Below are positions 9,852 through 20,800 of a DNA stretch of 64,000 bases, in pieces. How positions within the stretch are numbered: the first letter of the stretch is position 1; each line of letters starts with the position of its first letter. The DNA comes from a virus. The stretch is from the IMG/VR virus record IMGVR_UViG_3300034152_000478, positions 32,001 to 96,000 of that record. One strand, given 5' to 3'. The notes below the pieces were generated by a model, which was not told where the DNA came from, did not search any database, and saw nothing but the letters and a program-made list of their open reading frames with translations. Position numbers and translations under genes: made by a program.

Positions 9852-10550
9852 ATGCCTGAAGCGATATTCCCTCCTGGATTTAATAAGGCGCTTGTGGCAG
9901 CACTCAATGAGAGCGTCCCTAAGCTCGCTGAGCGCTTCCTAAAGCGACGCGCACGGGAGATCAGGGTGTCTCAGGGAAGGCTGCGAGCAGCCGCCTCACG
10001 CTTCCTGGCGAGATATCGTGACCTACTGCTGCAGAACTACATGATACAGAACATGCAGGAGGCTTGGGAAGACATACTTTGGATGCCTTATGCTCAGGGG
10101 CCTGGATCGGATGTGGCAGATGTTCCTCTGGCTGGCATGCTGGGTCTTCCACGCAAAACGCAGCGATCTGTTAATAGGGCAATCGGCGAGATTAAGCCAG
10201 CTTCGCCATTTGTGACGCTGATTTTTACAGAGACACGCAAAGGCATACGTGGCGAGCTGAGATTTGATTTCAGTGCCTTTTCTGAGACGCCAAGGGCAAT
10301 GTTTTCCTGGAGAGGGCCAGTTAGCTGGATAAGGCTACTGGAATATGGGGTGTCGGTTGGCAGACACCAGTTTTTGGGCTTTTTAGCAGGATCGCCATAT
10401 AGTAGGTCTGGAGGCGGCATTATGGGTCGCAGTAGAAGGTCCACTTTTGTTTTCCCTCCAACCTATGTTTTCAGGGACACGTTCGATGAAGCAAGAACGG
10501 CCTTGACCCCAGAAGAGGCTAAGCTGTTGCGTGTTAGGTTTGTGAGGTAA
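9852..10550 (+). CDS. Putative neck/tail-completion protein (Arg-rich)
   Basis: 'WIRLLEYG' motif reminiscent of HK97 gp10-like proteins; synteny. Confidence 0.4.
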   Translation: MPEAIFPPGFNKALVAALNESVPKLAERFLKRRAREIRVSQGRLRAAASRFLARYRDLLLQNYMIQNMQEAWEDILWMPYAQGPGSDVADVPLAGMLGLPRKTQRSVNRAIGEIKPASPFVTLIFTETRKGIRGELRFDFSAFSETPRAMFSWRGPVSWIRLLEYGVSVGRHQFLGFLAGSPYSRSGGGIMGRSRRSTFVFPPTYVFRDTFDEARTALTPEEAKLLRVRFVR

Positions 10551-10553
10551 ATC

Positions 10554-11420
10554 ATGCTTGGGATAGGGTTTACAAGTAATATCCGCTACAATTTGAAACA
10601 GTATCTTGAGAAGCTATTCTTGGATAATGCTTTCTATACCAACACCAAACGCGGATACACTTTCTATGACGGCAGCAATCCTGCTCAGCTAACACGTGTT
10701 GGTGGTCGCTACTATGAATCTATGGCAAATGAATGGGCTTATGAAACTGACATAACAGTACCATCAGGAAGCAAAGGGATTATTGCTGTGAGTGGTGCCT
10801 GGGTGAATGGCGCATTCCATGCCAATGGCAGCGCCACATACAATCCAGCACCAGATTATCTGCGAGGAAGAATTGTCTTTGGTACAGCACCTCCAGCGAA
10901 TGCGACCGTTGAGGCAGAATTCAGTGCCAAAGATGTTAAGGTGGATTTCCAAGATTCCAAAATCAACAATATCCTGATGACTAAATACCTACACAATCCT
11001 GATTTTTGGTCATCTACAGCAGTCACCCCTTCTGGCGTCGAACGCCTATTGCCAGCGGTCATTATTGAACCACTGACTCGCGGACATCGGCCAAGACAGA
11101 TAGGTGGTGGTAAAATCCTTCGTGATCGAGTGTCTGTGTTTGTGTATGCGGCTCGTGATTATGAGCGCGATGTAATAGCTGATGCTGTGTTCTCGATAGC
11201 TCGCAATGTCATCAGTGCAGTCGATTATGGTGATGCTGGTCAGATATTAGACTACAATGGCGACTATGCAGCTACCTATCAGAATTTCACACAATTACAG
11301 GCAAGTGCTCCATGGACAAGGATTTACATAGACGAAGCGGAAGTTGCTGAGAGAAATTTGTTCGTTAATATCTATCAGGCAAGAGTTGACCTATTACTGA
11401 GGATATATCTCAACAGCTAA
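10554..11420 (+). CDS. Putative tail terminator/completion protein
   Basis: Directly precedes the tube gene; C-terminal 'LPAVIIE...V.VFVYA...ERD.IAD' pattern. Confidence 0.5.
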   Translation: MLGIGFTSNIRYNLKQYLEKLFLDNAFYTNTKRGYTFYDGSNPAQLTRVGGRYYESMANEWAYETDITVPSGSKGIIAVSGAWVNGAFHANGSATYNPAPDYLRGRIVFGTAPPANATVEAEFSAKDVKVDFQDSKINNILMTKYLHNPDFWSSTAVTPSGVERLLPAVIIEPLTRGHRPRQIGGGKILRDRVSVFVYAARDYERDVIADAVFSIARNVISAVDYGDAGQILDYNGDYAATYQNFTQLQASAPWTRIYIDEAEVAERNLFVNIYQARVDLLLRIYLNS

Positions 11421-11423
11421 AGG

Positions 11424-11439
11424 ACGTATATATAATTAG
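11424..11439 (+). promoter_or_regulatory. Candidate late-promoter motif (copy 2)
   Basis: ACGTATATATAATTAG upstream of the major tail gene. Confidence 0.6.
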
Positions 11440-11480
11440 AGACATCTCTATCTCGCGTGCAAATGTAAGGAGGTTAGACA

Positions 11481-12701
11481 GTGGCGAATAACAGAATCAC
11501 GTATGCAACAGCGCAGGTGTCCATCAAGGACAATCGGCGTCGTGCTACGAATGCCATTGATAAATGGTATCCGGAGCTTACGTTGGCCTCTGGTATTAGC
11601 GCCTCCGACACCGTAATTCAATTCAACGAAACTGTTAGCGGCGTTTGGCCTAATGTACCGCTACAGTTCCGGCTTGTTTCAGGCGGGGCCACTGAGTATG
11701 TTTATGCATCTCAGTTCCTCGCAGATGACACCGTTGCTGTTGTCCGTGGTGATGGCGAGACAACTGCGCGGTCACATTCAAGCGGGAACCAGGCAAACCT
11801 GAATGGCTGGGAAGTTCCACTTGGCATGCAAACTGCCAGTGTAAGTACTGCGTTTAACACGGAAGATGTGTTTCACATCGGCCAGTTGGACGCTTACGAA
11901 AACGTGGAAACGCTTCCCGAAATTGAGGTTACTCTTGAGCGCGTACTGGATGGGACTAAGCCATTGTGGTTGATGGTCACTGACCCAGACCAGACGACGC
12001 TCAAAGGCCGAACTGCCGACTACCAAGTTGATGTTGCTATTAGTGTATACCCTGACGTACAGGATTCGGCTACTGGAACGCCTGATTCTGTCATGACTGG
12101 CTCTGGCATGTATGTAAGTGCCATTAGCTACAACTTTGTGGCTGAGGGCAACTGGACAGAAAGTGTTACCTTGATTGGTAACGACAAAACATGGACTCAG
12201 TCTGAGGGTGTACCTTCTGGCTATTTCCCAACCAGCGACGCATTCGATGCAACTGTCGTTGGTTCAGGTGTCCAGCGCTCGGAGGACTTCGATCGTGCTG
12301 GCTCAACACTTCCAACCGACATTAGTGCAGATGACCGGATTCAGTCTATCACTGTCAGTGCGGACATTGGCAGAGAAGAAATCTACGAACTTGGTCAGAA
12401 ACGTCCATTCTTTAGGGCAGTTACCTTCCCACTCACTGTCACAACTACCTTTGAGACGATTACCTCAGAGGGTGACAAGGTGGAAGCGCTGTCTACAGTG
12501 GATAATCTGACTAACCAACAGATTACTCTGGTAACTGATGCTGGTCTCACTATCAACCTCGGAGCGAAGAATAAGCTGGCTTCAGTAGAGTTTGCCGGGT
12601 TTGATGCTGGTGGTGGCAACGGAACAGCGACGTTCGAGTATACTAACAGTAACTCGTTAACGATTACGCACCCAGCCACAGACCAGGCTAAAAATCCGTA
12701 A
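11481..12701 (+). CDS. Major tail (tube) protein with an inserted surface domain
   Basis: GTG start with AAGGAGG RBS, its own promoter motif and a terminator; lies before the chaperones and tape measure. An insertion at about aa 30-110 carries the 'VRG.GETTA..H..G' motif. Confidence 0.65.
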   Translation: MANNRITYATAQVSIKDNRRRATNAIDKWYPELTLASGISASDTVIQFNETVSGVWPNVPLQFRLVSGGATEYVYASQFLADDTVAVVRGDGETTARSHSSGNQANLNGWEVPLGMQTASVSTAFNTEDVFHIGQLDAYENVETLPEIEVTLERVLDGTKPLWLMVTDPDQTTLKGRTADYQVDVAISVYPDVQDSATGTPDSVMTGSGMYVSAISYNFVAEGNWTESVTLIGNDKTWTQSEGVPSGYFPTSDAFDATVVGSGVQRSEDFDRAGSTLPTDISADDRIQSITVSADIGREEIYELGQKRPFFRAVTFPLTVTTTFETITSEGDKVEALSTVDNLTNQQITLVTDAGLTINLGAKNKLASVEFAGFDAGGGNGTATFEYTNSNSLTITHPATDQAKNP

Positions 12702-12721
12702 TTGACGGCTGAACAAACAAC

Positions 12722-12755
12722 GCCCCGTCTGGCCCTTAGCTGGGCGGGGCTTTTT
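12722..12755 (+). terminator. Rho-independent terminator
   Basis: GCCCCGTCTGGC-CCTTA-GCTGGGCGGGGC followed by TTTTT, right after the tail tube gene. Confidence 0.8.
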
Positions 12756-12793
12756 CTCCATCAGGCAAGGTTAGGAATCTAAAAGGCAGGGCG

Positions 12794-13867
12794 ATGAACG
12801 GAGAACAGATGGAGATCATCATTCAGGAGATACTCTGGGGCAAGGCGTTCGCCGAAATCCAAGACGCTCAGGGTAATACTCATTCTGTCATTGTAAGATC
12901 CCTCAACGGTAAAGAAAACAACATCATTAACCACATCTATGCCGCCGCATTGCGCGAGGGACACAGTGCTGGCTTGTGCTCTGAAGAAGAATTGCGTCAG
13001 CAGTATGCAGATCGTGGCGTATGGACCAATGCAGATGAAGAGGAAATAGAAAAGCTCACAATTGGCATTAGGCGTTTGAAGTGTATTTTGCCCACATTCC
13101 AATATGCCAAGGCTAAAGCTGATGCCACAAAAGCACGCTTGCGAAGAGCAGAACGCGATCTCAATAAGCTACAAACTCTCAAGGCAGAGCTATTTGTATC
13201 TTCCTTAGAACACCGTGCGGCAGTTGTGCGGTCGCGTAAGATTGCTCTTTTCACACTTGAAAACATTACCGAAGAGCCATACTGGACAGATGCAGAATTT
13301 GAGTACTTTGTTGACATGACTTTTATTAACAGTGTGGTAGCAGCATATTATGAGCATTTCCTACTACCTACTCCTCAAATTAGAGAAATAGCACGGTCCT
13401 CAATGTGGCGCTATCGCTGGATTGCAACCAAGAATGCGGCAGACCTTTTCGGTTGTCCGGCGTCAGACTGGTCAGAAGCTCAAAATTCTCTTGTATTCTG
13501 GTCTGGTTATTATGACAGAGTATTTGAGCATCCTGACTGTCCTCATGAGCTTATAAACAATGATGAAGCTCTTGATGCTTGGCTGGAAAGAGATAATAGA
13601 AATCGTCGCATGGACAAAAAAGACGTATCTAAAGGTAGAGCAAATATCATTCGTCGTAAACAAAAGAATCGTGTAGGAGGCATGCAGGAGACCTTTATTA
13701 TGGTTGATGGAGAAGATCCGGACGCTGTTGCTGAAATTCAATCCATGAATGATCCGGCAACGCGGGCACGGCTACGTCAGGAAAGAAAGATTATTAAGGA
13801 AAAAGGCCAGGTAACGGAATGGGGTCTGAGAAAAAATCAGATAATACGCGAAAGCTTGCGCAAATAG
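12794..13867 (+). CDS. Tail assembly chaperone-like protein (long paralogue)
   Basis: Between the tube and tape measure genes; its N-terminal half aligns by eye with 14147-14887. Confidence 0.5.
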   Translation: MNGEQMEIIIQEILWGKAFAEIQDAQGNTHSVIVRSLNGKENNIINHIYAAALREGHSAGLCSEEELRQQYADRGVWTNADEEEIEKLTIGIRRLKCILPTFQYAKAKADATKARLRRAERDLNKLQTLKAELFVSSLEHRAAVVRSRKIALFTLENITEEPYWTDAEFEYFVDMTFINSVVAAYYEHFLLPTPQIREIARSSMWRYRWIATKNAADLFGCPASDWSEAQNSLVFWSGYYDRVFEHPDCPHELINNDEALDAWLERDNRNRRMDKKDVSKGRANIIRRKQKNRVGGMQETFIMVDGEDPDAVAEIQSMNDPATRARLRQERKIIKEKGQVTEWGLRKNQIIRESLRK

Positions 13868-14169
13868 CCGAAAAGACCGACAGCTACTCTGTTAGATCAC
13901 GTGAGTTCTTACGATCTTTGGTCTACAAGAGTCTCAAGGGTGTTTTCACTGGCGCACTGCGTGCTGTAGAAACTCGCCTCGGTAAAGAATTTCCACAATA
14001 CTCTGAGTTGAGGTCTGAGATTCTTCGCATCGGCAATGACGCCATTCGAGAGATGAACAAGTGTGTACATCATTTCAACATTGAGATGATACCAGATACG
14101 TTAGAGATACAGGTGGAACAAGGATCAGGGCAAGGAGTTGAGAAGGATGGAAAGAAAAGTACTGGCTAA
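13819..14169 (+). CDS. Hypothetical protein (possibly the -1 frameshift extension of the upstream ORF)
   Basis: 116-aa ORF in the -1 frame overlapping the upstream gene; A_AAA_AAT heptamer at 13831-13837. Confidence 0.5.
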   Translation: MGSEKKSDNTRKLAQIAEKTDSYSVRSREFLRSLVYKSLKGVFTGALRAVETRLGKEFPQYSELRSEILRIGNDAIREMNKCVHHFNIEMIPDTLEIQVEQGSGQGVEKDGKKSTG

Positions 14170-14887
14170 TTTTGAGCACGAAGGCACAAAGTATCATATC
14201 GTGCATCCTACCCAGGATGAGTTGATGAGTATTGACTTGGAGCAACGTAGGGCGTTTGCACAGGCTATCCGCAGTGGATTGCTGGCAGAGTTTGAAGCCA
14301 AGAAGGTTCTTGCTGAGCGCGGCATTTGGGGAGAGGAACAGGAGACTGAAATACGAGACCTGCAGCTTCGAGTTGCGACCCTTGAAACTCAACTTGAAAG
14401 AGAAGAAGATGAAAAAGCTGGTAAAAAACTTGCTTTTAATCTGATAGAATGCCGTGGCAAGCTTCTTACTCTGATTAATGAGAAGAATAAGCTGTCTACG
14501 CAAACTGCAGAGGGATATGCCTCTGAGGCAAAGAACGTTTTATTCGCTGCCCTTTGTACTCTAAATGAGGATGGCAGTAAGGTTTTCAAGGATATTGAAG
14601 CTTTTATGCAGCATCCAGACCATCAGTTTACTGCTGTGTGTTTCGGCCATACCATGCTTGCGGATGTCGGCCTTACCGAGGAGGATGCCAAAGTCGAATT
14701 TACCGAAAACAAATGGCTTGAGTCACATGGCTATATGGAGAAAGACATGCCTGAATTTACTAAGAAATACTACGCTGAAGTTATTGAGGAGACGACTGGA
14801 ATTGATGTAAATCCGCCTCCTCCCGAAAAGCAGAAGCCCAAAGGAAGGAAGCGAGGTCGACCAAAGACGAAGACTAAGAAAGAGTAG
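14147..14887 (+). CDS. Tail assembly chaperone-like protein (short paralogue) with a basic C-terminal tail
   Basis: ATG at 14147 with AAGGAG RBS; immediately precedes the tape measure gene. Confidence 0.55.
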   Translation: MERKVLANFEHEGTKYHIVHPTQDELMSIDLEQRRAFAQAIRSGLLAEFEAKKVLAERGIWGEEQETEIRDLQLRVATLETQLEREEDEKAGKKLAFNLIECRGKLLTLINEKNKLSTQTAEGYASEAKNVLFAALCTLNEDGSKVFKDIEAFMQHPDHQFTAVCFGHTMLADVGLTEEDAKVEFTENKWLESHGYMEKDMPEFTKKYYAEVIEETTGIDVNPPPPEKQKPKGRKRGRPKTKTKKE

Positions 14888-14891
14888 ATAA

Positions 14892-17800
14892 ATGGCTAAC
14901 GAGCTACCTCTTGGGATTCGATTCAGCGAACGAGATGTAGATACGCGTGGTATTATTACCGGCGTACAAAAGGCTATCACCAGGGCAATCGCCAAGGTGG
15001 ATGTTGAAGGTCTTAAGAAGCGTCTTGCCGCTGTAGAGCTGAAAGTAACCACCCTCCTACCAAAGAAGGTTACTGATTCTGTCGCTACGCGAATTAATCA
15101 GGCTCTCAATAGATTCATCCTGAAATTCGATGATCGCAAAATAAGGACTGGCCCATTAGTGGCGCGAGTAAAGAAAGCCATTGATGCTGGCGTTAGGCAG
15201 GCCACCCTTGCTCCTTTGATTGCGAAATTCAAGGTGGCTCAAGCCAACATCACAGGGATTCTTCAGCGCAGCATAGAGAATATCGCTGCTACTCCTGTGT
15301 ACGTCAATCTGCGTGTTGATACTGCACAGCTTAGAGCCGAAATCCACGCCTTAGCTCAGCGGCGTGATTTTGTGGTGACCGTGAGGGCAAAGATTGTCCC
15401 AGATCAAGCCTCTCTGGCTGAATTGAGAAAGCAGCTCGGCATTGTTGCAGCAGCAAAACCAGTAGCAGGAACAGAAGTACAATCAAAAGGCTTTGAGAAC
15501 TTATCTAAGGCTGCTAAGGAAGCCGGTCTGACTGTTGAGCAGGTACAGCAAAGAATTGGTGCTGCGGCAGAGGGAACCACACAAAGATTAAGCGGTATGG
15601 CTGGAGGTCTTGGCAGGGCCGCGAAAAGAGTCCAAGAACTTCAAACCAAAACTGAAACATTAACTCGCAAACAAGAGGAGTTAAAAACACTCTTCAAAGA
15701 TGCTGGTGTTGGCGCTACTGAGTTTGGTGCCAAGCTGGCTCAGATTGGTAAGCGCTTTACTGCGTTCTTTGCCTACACAATTGGTGTCTTCAAGATGATT
15801 GAGGCCACCAGAATGTTGGTGGAGGAAGTTAGACGGCTGGATGATACGGTTATTAGTTTGGCTAAGGTGTTGCCTCAGGTAAACACTGAGCAGCTTACCG
15901 AGCGATTGGTAACGTTGGCTCGTGAAACTGGCCGTACATTTGCCGAAGCATCTGAAGCTGCCATTGGTTTTGCTCGTGCTGGCCTGAAAGAGGTAGACGA
16001 CATTGCCAAGGCTACCGAGGCTTCTCTGCGCCTACTGAACATCTCTACGGTTGATACTGCGACATCCTTCAAGTTGATGATTACCATCGCGAATGCGTTT
16101 GGTATTGGCTTCGAGGATGCTGCACAGAAAGTTGCTATCTTCTCTGAATTTGCCGATAATGCGGCCGTTACTGTTGAAGATTTAGCTCAGGGCTTCATTC
16201 GTGGTGGTGCTGCTGCTCAGGCTGCTGGGCTCAGTGTTGAAGAATTCGGTGCTATTGTTGCCACAGTTACTGGTACAACTCAGATTTCAGCTACCAGAAT
16301 TGGTACTGCATTTAAGACTATGTTGTCAAGAATCTTGCGTAACCGCGATGCAATTCTTGATACTGTCAGAGTTACACTGCAGATGGACAAAACCACTCTG
16401 CAGCTATCTCGTGAGTTGGATACTACTCAGAAGATTATCCTCGCCATGGGGGAAGCATGGCAGGTTATGAATGCTCAGCAAAAGGCTAACTTTGCGCAGA
16501 TTGCTGTGGGTAGCCGTCGTTTAACTGAGCTGTCTGCTATTTTGAGCCAGACAAATAAGTTCACCGAACAGCTTTCACGAGTAAGTGGTGCTGCAGCTAC
16601 TGCGCAGCGCAAGGAAGCGCTTGAAGCAACCAGCGTGGCCGCTGCAAATCGTCAAGTGATCAGAGCTGTTACTGAATTGGCAGCCATTATACGCGAAACC
16701 GGCATTGTGGAACTCTATAAGGGTGCTGCTACAGTCCTTGGGCAAACTCTTGGTCTTGTGGGCCGTTTGATTGAACAAACGAATAGCTGGGCTAAAGCAC
16801 TTAAGGGAGTAAGCGGTGAAGATGTCGGCGGTCCTATCGCTGTATTTAGCGCCGGTCTCGGCGAAGTTATTGATGGCGTCGGTTTACTCCGCAGGACTTT
16901 CTTGGTCCTATTTGCTCAAGTTGTTCTGCCAAGCATTAAAAGAGCTATTGTTGGTTTCAATACGTTTATTCGCGGCAGCGATGCTGGCATTAACAAGCTC
17001 ATTGCTGAACAAGGCAACTTGAACGCGGTCGCCTTTGAGTTAGTGGATGCTCAGGGACGTTCTATTGCCAAACAAAAAGAGCTTACGCAGGCGGTCAAAG
17101 AAACTACTACGGCACTGGAGCAACAGCAAAAATCCAGAATACCGACGATACGTGCAGCAGCAGCCGGTGCCGTAGATGTTGCTGGCGTGGCTGGACGCGG
17201 TGCTGGAGCAATCGGTCGAGGAGCAATTGGCGCACTCGGACGCCCGCTGGAAACCTTAAGAACTGGTATTAGAGGAGTGCAAACAGGTTTTAAGGCTCTT
17301 GGTACTGGAGCCAAAAAAGCCTTCGAATTTCTAAGTCGACCTGTCGATGGTTTTGCTGGTCAGATGATCAGGACTACTGCAGTTATGACTGCACTTGATG
17401 CTGCTTCATCTGCTGCCGCAAAAGCTGCCGAAGAATTTGCCAAAAGCGGGAATGAAACTCTTGCGACAATTTCAAAGCTTGGTAGTTCTGCTACTGGTGC
17501 TGCAGCCAGCCTAATTCCGTTTGGCACAAGAGCTGCTTTGGCTGGCGCTGCTATAGCCACAATCCCGCAATCAGTCTCTACTGTTGTTAATGCATTCCAG
17601 ACTGCTGCTGCAGCCGCTAAGGACTTTGCTGAAGCTGCTGCTGAGCAAGTTACTGTTATTGAGGCAATTCAACTTGCGCAGCGACCTGGTGGCGGCGCGA
17701 TTGGTCGTGCTCTTGTTGAACGAGGCTTAGCTGAAGAGGTTGAGATAGAAGGTAGACTTGTATTAAGAGTGCCTCGTGGTGTTAGCCCCAGGGAAATTGT

Positions 17801-20800
17801 GAACATTACGGCACTAAGACAGCAAGTTTTCAATCCAATTGAACGCGAGCTTTTTGAACTTCAAAGAGAAGCAGTCAAAGTCGGCGATGCTCTTGCCGAA
17901 AGCATCGAAAAAGCTATAGATCGTAGTAGCGTTGTTGAGAAATTCCGGGCTACAGTGCTGGAGATAGAGAAACAAAAAATAGCTCTTGAATTCGAGTTCG
18001 AGTCTGAGAATCTTATTGGCCTATCCAATGAATTTAATGAGTTGCTATTGACAGCTAAATCTTTTGAGGAAAGTCCTATACGCCTTAATGTGCCGGACAC
18101 GGACTTAGTACAGGGATTGTCGCAGGAGCTTTTCCGAGCAAAAGCGGCAATGGATGCTATTGGTGACAATGATGCTGCTGCTATGGTTGTAGACCTTATA
18201 GCAGATAGGGCCGAAGTAACCTCAGAGCAGATTAACTTCGTGCGTGCTGCTTTTCAGGGAGCCAGCGATGAGGCTGATGTTGTATCCGACAGAATCTTAA
18301 AAATTGGCGATAGACTGGAAGAAGCCAAGAAGGAAAGCGAAGCTTTTAGGCGAACAGTGCAACAAACGGTTGAAAATGCTGGAGCTATTGTAGAAGCAGA
18401 AGGGAAACGCCCCAAACTTGCTGAACAGACACTCAAGGCTGTTGAGCAAATCAACTTGGCAGAAGATGCCCGCGTTGAATTGGCCAAAGCAGAAGAGAAG
18501 ATACAACAGCAGGCACAGCAACGCAGAGCAGAAGAAACTGCAGAATTAATTAAACAGCTTGAGCTGACTAAGGCCCGTGCTGCTATTTCGGCACGTCAGC
18601 TTAGTATCAATCTTGAACAACTGGATGATTTCATTAAGATCAACCGTATCCAAACAGAAAATGCTGCTCTTGCCGCCCAGTCTTCTGATCCGTATCTTCG
18701 CACACTGTCTGTTTTGCAGACAATTACTGCTGAGAATGAAGTACAACAGCGTCAACTTGAAAGACTGCAGGCTCTACAAGCTCAGAGAATTCAGCAAACC
18801 AGAGATCAATTGCGCTTTGTAGAAAGTGCAGATGTTGAACAGATTGTTGCGGGCATTGAAGCTGAATTCAAGATCAAAGAAGCGGAAATCAACAAGAACA
18901 TTATCGCCAATATCTTCAAGGGTATTCAGGCACAAATAGAACTTGAAGGTGCTGCTGAGAAGGAACGCATTGACACGGTTCTTAAAGGCATTACTCAAAT
19001 CAAGGAAGAAGAGCTTGAAAGACTGGACATACTAAAGGGTTTATCAGATGTTGTGGTCCAGGAAGATTTTGGTAGGTTTATTCAGGGCTTCCAGGCGTTG
19101 CAAAATGTAGATACCGGCGTATTCGTGCAACGATCCGAAGAGCTTAAGGGCGCATTGCGAGGTCTTGAAGAAAACCTTAGCTCTGCGAGTCAGGCACTAT
19201 TTGGTGGTGGGTTTGTTGAGCGACAGCTTACTGCCGTTGGTGCTGATATTGCCAATGCATTCGGCAAACAGCAGCAGATCCAGCTTGCATTTGCTCTTGA
19301 GCGTATTGATGTGGAGCGTGACGCAGAGAGTGAAAGACTAAAAATACAGCTTGAAAGAGCCCAAACATCAGTACAGCAAGCTAAAATCGAACGCGACTTG
19401 CGCAACAATGAACAGCAAAGACAGAAAGAAAAATCTATAGCTCTTGCCAAAGAGGCTGCAGATGGCGTACAGGAAGCTTTTGGTCGTATGACTGACGCCA
19501 TGAATGAAGTAGTATCTATTGCGGCAGATATTGACAAAGTAGATCAAGAGATCAAAAAGCTGCGAGCATCTTTGGAGTTCGTAGCGCCAGAAGAATTAAC
19601 GAGACGTGCTGGGCGCGTAGATGTTCTACGTCAGCGACGTGAGGCAACTGCGGCTCGCCTTGAAGAAATTCAAGCATTCCAGGATCAGATCCGTGCTGGC
19701 TATGAAATGGCGAATGCCTTATCGTCCGCCTCTGTCCAGGGTGCTAAATTTGTACAGTCTGTGCGTTTCCAGGTAGGGGCATACAATGATCTATCTGACC
19801 AGCTCGGCGGCTTGACTGCCGCATACAACAGCTTTGGAAGTAATCTTGCAACTTCTGAGCAGCATCTGTTTGAGTTAAGAGCGCAGCTCGCACGCGATGC
19901 CGTGAACGTTCTTAAATCACAGTTTGATGCCATAAAGGGCTTTGGTCAACGTCTATTCACAGCAAGCTTTGGGCAGCTTAATGAGCTTGCCAGAGCTGCT
20001 GAATTCCTGGGACGGGATGCTGCAGAAGTACCGCTTGCCCTTAGGGATTCATTCTCTGAGTTATTGAAGCTGACAAGGGGTGGTCCTGCTGCTGAACTTG
20101 AAATTGCCATAGCTGGCCTTGAAAGAGTTGGCTTGGATTCGACTGAGCTGGAGCGCCTACAGGGTCAGGTTATACGGCAGGCGGAAGAGGCTGCCAGAAA
20201 TGACATGCTGGCTCTTGAGGCGCAACAGAGAGCCGCTGATAACTCGGCAAGCACAGTTGCAGTATTGCAGCGTCAGCTCAACATTATGGACAAAGACATC
20301 CAGGCTGCTGAAGATGCCAGAGATAGAATTGCTGAGTTGAAAGAAGAGTTTCTGCGCAGTGATGATAGGGTGACAAAAACCGATCAGCAGAAGCTACAAG
20401 AGGCACGTGAACGCAAGAAGTATCTACTGTCTCAGCTCTCACTACATGGCAGAGAGTATCAGTTGAATGCTCAGCGATATTCACAGCTTATATCACTTAC
20501 TCGTGAAACAGCGGGCTCAGCAGCGACACAGAATACTAACTTTGGGCAACTCGTGCAAGGCAACAGCGCCATCCAGGAAAGCGTCGCTCGCTTTACTCAG
20601 ATAGCAGAAGAATCGCGGGTCACGCAGGAGGCCATGAAACAAGAGATTACTACATTACAAGAAGCTTTGACGACAACAGCGACTGCCATTCAGGAGAATT
20701 TTACACCTGAGCAACTTGAAAGTGCCATGACAACCGCCTTAAAGGCTGATTCAACACGGTCTAATTTTGGTGGAGCAATACAGGACGAAGATGTCGTGAC

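Noticed and set aside
10554-14887. Contractile tail sheath
   Set aside because: No sheath-sized gene or sheath motifs next to the tube gene; a non-contractile tail is more likely, though genes outside the window are unseen.
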